From Microcystis aeruginosa NIES-2549 (GTDB taxonomy: Bacteria; Cyanobacteriota; Cyanobacteriia; Cyanobacteriales; Microcystaceae), in contig NZ_CP011304.1 of the NCBI RefSeq assembly GCF_000981785.2, forward strand, positions 540,001-572,000: DNA of 32,000 nt, in the 5' to 3' direction. The notes beneath the pieces were generated by a model. It was not told where the DNA came from. It saw only the letters and a program-made list of their open reading frames with translations, and ran no database searches. The position numbers and the translations under genes were made by a program. How positions within the stretch are numbered: the stretch's first letter is position 1; each line of letters begins with the position of its first letter. This document shows positions 23,779 to 31,906 of this stretch, piece by piece.

Positions 23779-24570
23779 TTATTCTCCTGATTCGGGAATA
23801 TTATAGCTGATCGAGGCTTGCGGTGCGGCGGCGGGTTCGGGGACAACATCCCCTAGGCGACGGGTAATAGTTTGACCGTATTGTTCTAGGACAATATAGG
23901 GATTGTCGGGATCGGTGTTGATCGCTTTAACTAAAATTAAACCATTAGAGAGGGTAGAACCGGGGATAACTCGACGTTCCGTGGCTTCTCCGGTGGCTTT
24001 CACGATCGCCATGGCACTGGTGGGCAACCGGATGATGCCCAATACTTGCACTTCTTCGGCTTCCGTCGGTTGCGGTGGTGGGGGAGGTGCTTTAACTATC
24101 GGTAGTCTAAGAGTGGGCGGTGCTTTCACTATCGGTAGTCTAAGAGTGGGCGGTGCTTTCACTATCGGTGGTCTGGGAGTGGGACGATTGCCCCTTGCTG
24201 CGGGTGCGGCTGCGGTGGCCGCTGGAGTCCCAGCCGGGGGTTTTCCCGCCACTGTAATTGTAATATTTGGTTGTAGGGAAAAGGGGGCAAAGGGATCCTT
24301 ATTCCTGGAACCGCGATTAATTTCTGCCCGTTTTTGGTCGGGATCGGTAGCGGGAATAAATCCCGATGCGCTTGGGGGGGTCGATTCGGTGGCTGGTTGC
24401 ACAGGACCGCTAAAGGCAGGAGGTTGGGCAGCTGGGGGACTAGGAGAGGGGGTGGGGGTGGGGGTTTCTTGGGTGGGTGGTGGGGATTGATTAGCTTGGT
24501 TAGAAGCTGGACATCCCACCAACAATAAAGCGACACTCCCCACCGATAGGACTAGCGGCAATTTTTTCAT
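23779..24570 (-). CDS. Proline-rich lipoprotein with a triplicated 11-aa repeat and a C-terminal beta-rich domain
   Basis: Lipobox: MKKLPLVLSVGSVALLLVGC. Long P/T/A-rich linker. PPIVKAPPTLRL x3 is encoded by the 33-bp DNA repeats at 24086-24184. The C-terminal VQVLGIIRLPTSAMAIVKATGE...LILVKAIN...IVLEQYGQ loosely resembles PilP/GspC-type domains. Confidence 0.7.
   Translation of the reverse strand: MKKLPLVLSVGSVALLLVGCPASNQANQSPPPTQETPTPTPSPSPPAAQPPAFSGPVQPATESTPPSASGFIPATDPDQKRAEINRGSRNKDPFAPFSLQPNITITVAGKPPAGTPAATAAAPAARGNRPTPRPPIVKAPPTLRLPIVKAPPTLRLPIVKAPPPPPQPTEAEEVQVLGIIRLPTSAMAIVKATGEATERRVIPGSTLSNGLILVKAINTDPDNPYIVLEQYGQTITRRLGDVVPEPAAAPQASISYNIPESGE
24086..24184. repeat. 33-bp tandem repeat x3 inside the lipoprotein CDS
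   Basis: ggtgctttaactatcggtagtctaagagtgggc (24086-24118), ggtgctttcactatcggtagtctaagagtgggc (24119-24151), ggtgctttcactatcggtggtctgggagtggga (24152-24184). Confidence 0.9.
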
Positions 24571-24689
24571 GGGGAGACAAAGACAAAATGGCCTTGAAGG
24601 ACAACCTTGTATATTAACATAACATTTGTTTCCCAGAAATCTAGGCTGATTATAAGGGGAAAGTCAGGAACTTTGCCCCTAGTCCAATT

Positions 24690-26435
24690 TTAATATTGAC
24701 TACCAGATTTGCGATGACCGATGGCGGTGACACCGTTACTATCCAAAACTTGACCCCGCTCGACCGTGGCATAGACTAACCAGCGATCGCCGCAGAGTTG
24801 TCGCTCTTGGACCGTACACTCCAGGTAGGCGAGACTTTCGCTTAAAATCAGACCGCCATTTTCCCCGACTTGGGTTTCTAATCCTGTAAAGACATCGCCG
24901 CCAGATTTGATGCGATTGGAAAAATGGCGGCGTAAATTGCGCCCTTCCTTGAGAATATTCAAGATAAAGACGGTTCCCGAGTTAATTAGGCGATCGGCGG
25001 CTTGTTCGTCAGCAACGGCGATAATTAGCCCCGGGGGGTTAAAACTGGCTTGGGATACCCAAGAGGTCAAGAAACCAGCATGATCCTCGCCCTGACGAGT
25101 GGTGAGAACACAGAGGGAACCGACGATCCGACCAACGGCCTGGGCAGTGCGATCGATTTGTGTTTCGGTCATTCCCTGTTGGGGAACCCGCAATTTTTTG
25201 GTTTTTTTCAAGGTCCTGGCGAAGGTTTCTCCAGCTAAATAACCTGCTTGTAAACTGCTTTCTGTGGGGTTAAAACGCACGCGCAAAGACTCAAAACCGA
25301 GGCGATAATTAGCATCTTTGAGTTTAGTTTCAATTAAATCTACCGCTTCTCCACTCCAACCGTAGGAACCAAAAACCCCAGCTAATTTAGTTTTTGCTGC
25401 CGTGGAAAGAACGATTCCTAAAGCGGTTTGAATCTGGGTAGGAGCGTGACCAGCTAAGGTGGGAGAACCGATAATAAATCCGTCACAATTTTCGATCGCT
25501 TGACTAATTTCGGCGGGGGTGGCAAACTCACAATTTATTGATTCTACGGCTAGATCATTTTCTAATAATCCTCTTTCGATCGAGCGGGCCATGGTGGCAG
25601 TATTTCCGTAGGCAGAAGCATATAATAAAGCCACTTGTAGGGGTCGAGTTTTTTGTTCTTGACACCAATAGCGATAATCGTGGGCAAGACGACTAAGACT
25701 ATAGCGAATTATCGGACCGTGGGCGGGTGCATAATATTGGGCAGGAAATTCTTTAATTTTGTCGAGGGCTGTTTCTACTGGTTTTGATTGTACGGCATGA
25801 AGACAATCAAAATAATAACGACGATCTGCGTCTAATTGTTTCCAATTTTTATCCAAAATATCGTCACTGCACAGATGCACACTAAAGAATTTATCGCTGT
25901 ATAAAATTTGGGTTTTTTGGTCAAAAGTGCAGATACCATAAGGCCAGCGCGGGGTAGGAACATTAATAAAACTTAGTTGATGACCTTGCCCTAAATCAAG
26001 GATTTCATCGGTTCGTATGCCCAAAATTTGGGCATCGGGAAAGGCATTTTTTAGGGTATTTACAGCCGATTTAGAACAGAGGATGGTGATTTGATGGGTT
26101 TGGTCTAATAATGCCTTTAAAGTGACGATGCGGTTAGGATTAACGTGACTGAGAATCAGATAATCGAGACGATGTAAGGGGACATATTGACGAATTTCTT
26201 CTAAATAAATTTCGGTGAAGGATTCTCCAGGGGGATCGATTAAGGCGGTTTTATCGCCACAGATAAGATAGGAATTAGCGGTGGTTCCCCGTTGACGAGC
26301 ATATTCTATTTCAAATTTTAATCTGTCCCAAGTACGCGAGCGAAAAACCCAAGTTTGATCGGCAATTTCGGCGGTTTGAACATCGCGGGGGCGATTATTA
26401 ATAGCAGGATTGGGAATTAAAGTATTAGTGGTCAT
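24690..26435 (-). CDS. flv2: Flavodiiron protein Flv2-type (metallo-beta-lactamase-like, flavodoxin-like and flavin-reductase domains)
   Basis: 581 aa with three-domain class C FDP architecture. The diiron ligand motif is degenerate (LILSHVNPNR in place of HxExDH), as described for Flv1/Flv2-type proteins. It is the last gene of an flv4/small membrane protein/flv2 arrangement. Confidence 0.8.
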   Translation of the reverse strand: MTTNTLIPNPAINNRPRDVQTAEIADQTWVFRSRTWDRLKFEIEYARQRGTTANSYLICGDKTALIDPPGESFTEIYLEEIRQYVPLHRLDYLILSHVNPNRIVTLKALLDQTHQITILCSKSAVNTLKNAFPDAQILGIRTDEILDLGQGHQLSFINVPTPRWPYGICTFDQKTQILYSDKFFSVHLCSDDILDKNWKQLDADRRYYFDCLHAVQSKPVETALDKIKEFPAQYYAPAHGPIIRYSLSRLAHDYRYWCQEQKTRPLQVALLYASAYGNTATMARSIERGLLENDLAVESINCEFATPAEISQAIENCDGFIIGSPTLAGHAPTQIQTALGIVLSTAAKTKLAGVFGSYGWSGEAVDLIETKLKDANYRLGFESLRVRFNPTESSLQAGYLAGETFARTLKKTKKLRVPQQGMTETQIDRTAQAVGRIVGSLCVLTTRQGEDHAGFLTSWVSQASFNPPGLIIAVADEQAADRLINSGTVFILNILKEGRNLRRHFSNRIKSGGDVFTGLETQVGENGGLILSESLAYLECTVQERQLCGDRWLVYATVERGQVLDSNGVTAIGHRKSGSQY

Positions 26436-26461
26436 AATTGTTAAGTTGGTTATTAGCTGTA

Positions 26462-26503
26462 CTGATAACTGATAACTGATAACTGATAACTGATAACTGA
26501 TTA
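26462..26503. repeat. Heptamer tandem repeat (CTGATAA)x5 plus a partial unit in the spacer between the psiE-like gene and flv2
   Basis: Five perfect CTGATAA units at 26462-26496. The sixth, degenerate unit ctgatta (26497-26503) contains the stop codon of the 26501-27001 gene. Confidence 0.9.
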
Positions 26504-27001
26504 AGTTTTGCTATTTATTTCAGTTAATTCTTTAACTAAATGTTGACGATAACGCTCGGAAACTTTTTGCTCGGGATCGATACCTTCAAAGGTGGGAGGA
26601 AGCCAAACTCTTAATACCATTAATGTGCCGAGAACTATTAGAAAAGCACAGGCGGCTAATACTTGTGTCCAATTAGTTTCTAGGACTCCTCTGACAATTA
26701 ATTCTCGCAAAACTGAGACGATAGAAACTTCCACGGCAACACCGATAGAAACTCGTTTTTCTTGCAAATAAATAATTAACAATCGGAACAATTCTACTAG
26801 AATTAAGAGGAATAAAATATCGGCGGTAACAATCCGAAATTGAATCGGTGGCAGCAGAGACATAAACATTTCTCTGACTTCTAACACCATGAAGCTAAAT
26901 AAACCAATACAGAGAGAAATGACAATTAAATCTTGAATCATTTCTAAGACTTGCACTACCCGCACCATCATTGGGGAAGGATTTTTAATTGGTTCGTACA
27001 T
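26501..27001 (-). CDS. Small integral membrane protein, PsiE-like (Sll0218 homologue position in the flv4-flv2 operon)
   Basis: 166 aa with about four hydrophobic helices. It lies between the two flavodiiron genes, as in the Synechocystis flv4-sll0218-flv2 operon. Confidence 0.7.
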   Translation of the reverse strand: MYEPIKNPSPMMVRVVQVLEMIQDLIVISLCIGLFSFMVLEVREMFMSLLPPIQFRIVTADILFLLILVELFRLLIIYLQEKRVSIGVAVEVSIVSVLRELIVRGVLETNWTQVLAACAFLIVLGTLMVLRVWLPPTFEGIDPEQKVSERYRQHLVKELTEINSKT

Positions 27002-27035
27002 TTTATTTCTCCTAAGATTGATAGAATTGGATGTT

Positions 27036-27143
27036 TCAGTTATCAGTGAGCAGTAAACAGTAATCAGTGAAAATAAAGCGGTAACTTCCTACTTAACACT
27101 ATCCACTGAAAACTTAAATCTGAAAACTGATAACTGTTAACTG
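27036..27143. repeat. Two opposed blocks of degenerate heptamers (CAGTnnn x5 and CTGnnAA x6) forming a long imperfect inverted repeat
   Basis: cagttat cagtgag cagtaaa cagtaat cagtgaa at 27036-27070. ctgaaaa cttaaat ctgaaaa ctgataa ctgttaa ctgttaa at 27102-27143. This is the flv4-to-psiE-like spacer. Confidence 0.75.
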
Positions 27144-28868
27144 TTAATAATGGTTGCCAACTTTGCGATGATGGACAGCAGTTAAGACATCTAAACGAGC
27201 AACTCGTCCAGTATTAACGGTACAATAAACTACCCAATGATCGCCGCAATCTAAACGACTGGTGACTTCACATTCTATGTAAGCTAAGGCATCGCCTAAA
27301 ATTGGTGATCCATTATTGGCAGTATAGGTTTTAATGCCTTCAAAACGATTGGCACCGGGAGAGAAACGCTTGAGGAAATGTTTCATTAATTTCTGGTAAT
27401 TATCCTCAGCCAAAACATTTAAAACAAAGGTATCGCTAGGCTGTAAAAATGATACCATTGCCCGATCTTTGGCCACTGCAATCGCCACACCTAAAGGATT
27501 TAAACTTGCTTGCGTCACCCAAGAGGCAATCATAGCACTGGATAAATCGGCTTTTTGGGAAGTAATTAGGTATAATCCAGTGCTAATACGTCCTAGAGCC
27601 TTTTCTAAGTCGTTGTTAATCGATTTAATTTGTTTAATCGTTTTTTCTCGGCTTAACCATTGGCCGAGGTCGGTTCCTGCTTCATCGGCAATAAAATCGA
27701 GGGATTGATTGGTATTATCTTTAACTAAAAGAGGAGGAAAAGCTTCGATCGCCCCGATTTCCTGTAATTTATTTCTTAAGGGGAAAATTGGTTCATCTTC
27801 CCCACCTCCTGACTCAAATAATCCTACCGCTTGTTTGCCATTGACTGAAGCAAGAATCGTGCTTAAAATCATCTGGTTAGTCGGGGAAGATTGGGGCGGC
27901 ATTCCGATGATAACTCCCTTAGACTGATTGATTAATTCTCTGACTTCGTGGGGATCAGCATTATTCATATCGACTAATTCTGTCACCACATCAGTTTTAG
28001 TCAAACCCTGACTAATCATGGTAGCTAAATGTTCGCTTTGTCCGTAATCTTGGGTAAAGAATACAGTCACTAAAGTATCAGCAGAAGTTTGTTCTTGACT
28101 CCAAGTTTGATAACGTCCCACCCAATCAGCAATATGGTGTTTTAATAGGGGTCCGTGACCGGTGGCAATGAGATTAATCTCGAATTTCTCGATTCTTTTA
28201 ATTGCCCCTAAAACTGAACGAGCATTCGGTCGCATCAGACAGTCATAATAGGTTTGAAAATCGGCTTCTAGCAGCTCTTTTTCTAGATCATAGGTTTGAT
28301 CATCACAAAAGTGCATTCCGAAGGCATCACAGGTAAAAAGGGTGGCAGTTTTAGCATCAAAAGTGAAGATAGTATCAGGCCAATGAAGATTAGGGGCCGC
28401 AACAAATTCTAAAACATGACCATTACCTAAGTCTAAAGTATCACCACTTTTAACGATTAACTGTTTAAAGGGTCTGTGTACCATGTTTTCCAGGAATTGC
28501 ATGGCAACTTTTGCACCCACCACGGTAACTTCTGGGACTAATTCTAAAACTTCTTTGACTAAACCACTGTGGTCGGGTTCGGTGTGACTGATAATTAAAT
28601 AATCAAGATGATTGATGTTGATTAGTTTAGTTAATTCCTCCAGATAAAGGCGATCGAATTTTCGGTGAGATGTATCAATGAGAGCGGTTTTTTCCCCTTG
28701 AATAACAAAAGAGTTATAAGTCGTACCGTTTTCTAAACCAAACTCGATATCAAAACGATCGCGGTCCCAATCCAAACAGCGCAAGGTAAAAGTATTTTCG
28801 GCGATTTCTTGGATTTGTGTGGTTAAACGGCTGGTTTTAGCGGGTTTTGGAGTGATTAAAGCCACCAT
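27144..28868 (-). CDS. flv4: Flavodiiron protein Flv4-type
   Basis: 574 aa with the same three-domain architecture. Canonical diiron motif HTEPDH (LIISHTEPDHSG). It is the first gene of the operon. Confidence 0.8.
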   Translation of the reverse strand: MVALITPKPAKTSRLTTQIQEIAENTFTLRCLDWDRDRFDIEFGLENGTTYNSFVIQGEKTALIDTSHRKFDRLYLEELTKLININHLDYLIISHTEPDHSGLVKEVLELVPEVTVVGAKVAMQFLENMVHRPFKQLIVKSGDTLDLGNGHVLEFVAAPNLHWPDTIFTFDAKTATLFTCDAFGMHFCDDQTYDLEKELLEADFQTYYDCLMRPNARSVLGAIKRIEKFEINLIATGHGPLLKHHIADWVGRYQTWSQEQTSADTLVTVFFTQDYGQSEHLATMISQGLTKTDVVTELVDMNNADPHEVRELINQSKGVIIGMPPQSSPTNQMILSTILASVNGKQAVGLFESGGGEDEPIFPLRNKLQEIGAIEAFPPLLVKDNTNQSLDFIADEAGTDLGQWLSREKTIKQIKSINNDLEKALGRISTGLYLITSQKADLSSAMIASWVTQASLNPLGVAIAVAKDRAMVSFLQPSDTFVLNVLAEDNYQKLMKHFLKRFSPGANRFEGIKTYTANNGSPILGDALAYIECEVTSRLDCGDHWVVYCTVNTGRVARLDVLTAVHHRKVGNHY

Positions 28869-29660
28869 AATTTCTATCTCCCACAGGATTTGATTCGGAA
28901 CTGCATTTGCTTAATTCTTATGGTGACTTGCTTTCAGCGATTTGTAAAATACCAATTACTCAAGTCAATGATTAGCTAGATTTATATAACCTTTTATCTA
29001 TGGTTGCGCCTATTAAACCCCCACCAGCTAGAGAACTAGAATTTTTTGGCAAGAGCAGATAGACTATATCTAGAGACTCGCAACGAAGAAGAGACCTAAA
29101 ATGCTTAAGGTGGACTGGAAACGTTGCCATCAAAGCCTAGAAACCTGAAGAGAATAGGCACTAGCAGCGGAGCATCTACGAACAAGAGAAAGATTAACGG
29201 CCTTGTGGGAAATCTCCGAGAGCTATTATTGCGATTAGAAGAAAAACTCCCTGATTACTTCCCATTTTAGAGAATATCAATCTGTTTCCTATCCGATTAG
29301 GGTCCGTCGTTCTTTTACCGGTGATTTTGATTTTTAAGTACCCTCTCCCCACTTCCCCAGAGTTGTCTGGGGGTGAGTCTGAAACTTCTCTACCCAACTA
29401 AGATTCGGTTCGACTCTCAGAAATGCTTTGTTTAATCCTTGTCGGGGACAGAAAAATTCCGTCTTCGTACCTTGCTCTTATTCCTACCCAACCCGATTTT
29501 GGAGCCTATTTTTTTCTCTCTTATCTTCGCTCAAAAACCCTATATATATGGGCGCACGGATTCCCATTATACATAAAGTATAAAGCAAGTCTCGCCATTT
29601 GTCAAGGGTTTTTAGGAAATCTCCCCTTTCCGGTACTCCCCACGCCAGCATTTTTGGGGA

Positions 29661-30356
29661 TTAATCCTGTTCCTCTAGCCATTTTTGCCAGAGATCTGGA
29701 CGACGTTCCTGAGTGCGATCGAGTTGTTGTTGATAGCGCCAATCGGCGATATCCTGATGATTACCTGAGCGCAAAACCGGCGGCACTTGCCAACCGCGAA
29801 AGACTGGGGGCCGGGTATATTGGGGATAATCCAATAAACCCGCCTCAAAACTCTCCAATTTCAACGATTCGGCCTTACCTACCGTCCCGGGTAACAACCG
29901 CGTCACCCCGTTAATAATCGCTAAAGCAGGGATTTCACCACAAGTTAGGACAAAATCACCTAAAGATACCTCTCTAGTCACCAAATGCTCACAAACCCGC
30001 TCATCTACTCCTTCATAATGCCCGCAGATGAGAATTAACTGCTGATAACTACCGGCCCAAGTTTTCAGTAAAGCTTGATTGAGAGGTTCCCCCTGGGGAG
30101 TCATCAGCACGATCTCCCGGGGTGGTAAAGTTTCTAAAGACTCGATCGCCTCAAAAATTGGCTCTGGTTTTAATAACATTCCCACACCACCACCGTAGGG
30201 TTCATCATCGACGCGACGGTGTTTATCGTGGGCAAAATCTCGGAGATTGACCAAATTTACCCTAGCGATGTCGCGTTCGAGAGCTTTTGCCAACAACCCC
30301 GACTGCAGCGGTGAAGTAAAAAAATCGGGAAAGAGAGTAATAATGTCAAACTGCAC
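29661..30356 (-). CDS. trmD: tRNA (guanine37-N1)-methyltransferase
   Basis: 231 aa. MQFDIITLFPDFF...DDEPYGGGVGMLLKPEPIF...ILICGHYEGVDERV...SLGDFVLTCGEIPA are classical TrmD motifs. Confidence 0.9.
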   Translation of the reverse strand: MQFDIITLFPDFFTSPLQSGLLAKALERDIARVNLVNLRDFAHDKHRRVDDEPYGGGVGMLLKPEPIFEAIESLETLPPREIVLMTPQGEPLNQALLKTWAGSYQQLILICGHYEGVDERVCEHLVTREVSLGDFVLTCGEIPALAIINGVTRLLPGTVGKAESLKLESFEAGLLDYPQYTRPPVFRGWQVPPVLRSGNHQDIADWRYQQQLDRTQERRPDLWQKWLEEQD

Positions 30357-30729
30357 GGGGAAAATTAAGGCCTAGACTGGAATAGTGTTTAATGTATCAT
30401 TTTGTCACGGCTCGATCGGTTAAAATCTTGCTAATTTTGCGCTAGTCTATCTCGATAACATGGTAGACTATGCTGTACTGTCTAGGGGTTTTTCTGGCTC
30501 TAGCTTGAGTGATCGAAGTCTAGCCTAGACTTAAAGTTAACTAAAAGTCCGTCATTGCCAGTGGATCGAAGAAAATTGCTAAAATCGCCTCTACTATTGC
30601 TTGATGTCCCGAAAAATATTCCTAAACCGCATTTTTTTCCGTAAACCGTTCAGGGAAAATAACATCAAGATACCTGTCCATCTTCCCGAAACACCTTCCA
30701 TCCCTAAAAATGTCTATTCGTTCAGTGAC

Positions 30730-31584
30730 ATGATCATCGAGCTAGAAACCCAAAACCACCAAAATCCTACCCCCATATCTCTCAAAACGGCGATTTTAGT
30801 CATTGGAGGTGCCGAGGATAAAGTCCACGGTAAAGAGATACTGCATACCTTTTGGAATCGCGCTGGGGGTAGCGAAGCAGTGATCGCTATTGTTCCCTCC
30901 GCTTCCAGAGAACCGGTGTTAATCGGCGATCGCTATCAGAAGATTTTCGAGGAAATGGGGGCAAAATACGTCAAAGTTATCGATATTCGTGATCGCGTAC
31001 AGGGAGAAGACCCCCAATTCCAGGCCTACATCGAAGAATGTACAGGTGTATTTATGACTGGAGGCGACCAGCTGCGTTTATGCGGTTTGCTCTCCGATAC
31101 CCCCCTGATGGAAAGAATCAGACAAAGAGTGCAACAGGGAGAACTGACCTTGGCTGGAACTAGCGCCGGGGCTGCCGTTATGGGTCATCACATGATTGCC
31201 GGGGGCAGCAGCGGGGAAGCACCCAATCGGGCCCTAGTGGACATGGCCATGGGATTAGGTCTCATTCCTGAAGTCATTGTCGATCAACATTTCCACAATC
31301 GCAACCGCATGGCTCGGTTAATGAGCGCTATCTCTGGTTATCCCGAACGTTTAGGAATTGGCATCGATGAGGATACCTGCGCTATGTTTGAACGGGATGG
31401 CACGATGACGGTAATCGGCTGCGGTACGGTAACGGTAATTGATGCCAGGGAAATGTCCCACACCAACCACCATCACGTCACCGCCAACGAACCCCTGAGT
31501 CTGCATAATCTGCGGGTGCATATTCTTTCCTACGGTGATAGCTATCATCTCAAAAAACACCAAGTGATCGCTAAATTAGGGTAA
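30730..31584 (+). CDS. cphB: Cyanophycinase (S51 serine peptidase)
   Basis: GGAEDKVHGKEIL...VFMTGGDQLRL...LAGTSAGAAVMGHHMI (catalytic Ser in GTSAG)...DQHFHNRNRMARL. The start is placed at ATG 30730 (284 aa); the ORF track starts at 30601. Confidence 0.85.
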   Translation: MIIELETQNHQNPTPISLKTAILVIGGAEDKVHGKEILHTFWNRAGGSEAVIAIVPSASREPVLIGDRYQKIFEEMGAKYVKVIDIRDRVQGEDPQFQAYIEECTGVFMTGGDQLRLCGLLSDTPLMERIRQRVQQGELTLAGTSAGAAVMGHHMIAGGSSGEAPNRALVDMAMGLGLIPEVIVDQHFHNRNRMARLMSAISGYPERLGIGIDEDTCAMFERDGTMTVIGCGTVTVIDAREMSHTNHHHVTANEPLSLHNLRVHILSYGDSYHLKKHQVIAKLG

Positions 31585-31597
31585 AAAAACTCCTGAA

Positions 31598-31620
31598 AAA
31601 CTGTTCATCGTGAACAGTTT
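31598..31620 (+). terminator. Perfect 10-bp hairpin after cphB (terminator or element boundary structure)
   Basis: aaactgttca tcg tgaacagttt starts 14 nt after the cphB stop. No clear T-tract follows, so its role as a terminator is uncertain. Confidence 0.35.
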
Positions 31621-31906
31621 ACCGATCTCGGAAACCCAGACAATAAACAACGGCTTCTTTGTGCTTCTCAACAGCGAACACCAGCTATATCGTCACTAAC
31701 CCCGCCCTAAAAGGGACGGGGTTTGCCTAAACCAATTTAGGCGACGCAAGTAGAGACTACCGCACCGAGACGCAATCTGGCACAGACCTCCGAATGCTTC
31801 CCTAGTTCGGATTCTCTCTAAGCTTTATTGGTAAAGCGTTGTTAGACAAGACATCTTGATTGTGTTGCGGTAAGGGACTTTAACTTCACTCTTAAGGATT
31901 ATCTCC
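31621..31906 (+). ncRNA. Candidate IscB omega RNA (HEARO-type) / IS200-IS605 left-end region
   Basis: 286 nt of non-coding sequence immediately 5' of an IscB-like ORF. GC-rich bulged hairpin at 31700-31721 (ccccgccc-taaaa-gggacgggg), a perfect 7-bp hairpin at 31725-31742 (gcctaaa-ccaa-tttaggc), and ccgaa...ttcgg at 31790-31810. Position and size fit published IscB omega RNAs. No covariance model was run. Confidence 0.45.

Noticed and set aside
23903-24536. ORFs 23903-24490 (+), 24162-24536 (-), 24334-24528 (+) and 23607-23849 (-)
   Set aside because: They are alternative-frame or antisense shadows of the GC-rich, proline-rich lipoprotein gene and its neighbour. They have Gly/Pro-rich composition without start context.
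29194-29914. ORFs 29194-29397 (-) and 29423-29914 (+)
   Set aside because: The first lies in degenerate non-coding DNA with no motif. The second overlaps the 3' end of trmD antisense and has no recognisable domain.
30357-30600. NtcA site (GTA-N8-TAC) in the trmD/cphB divergent region
   Set aside because: The best candidate, gtagactatgctgtac, has N10 spacing rather than N8. No convincing match was found.
30601-30729. 43-codon N-terminal extension of cphB
   Set aside because: Cyanophycinases are about 270-290 aa. The conserved GGAEDK block follows shortly after the Met at 30730, and the extension is basic and low-complexity.
5914-31563. Remaining short ORF-track entries nested in or antisense to large genes (5914-6102, 9366-9548, 11113-11433, 11333-11563, 11816-12004, 13370-13573, 13530-13739, 16674-16904, 17122-17310, 21241-21486, 22366-22554, 25050-25238, 27469-27708, 27709-27927, 31351-31563)
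   Set aside because: Each overlaps a longer ORF that has clear family motifs. None has a recognisable motif or plausible translation signals.
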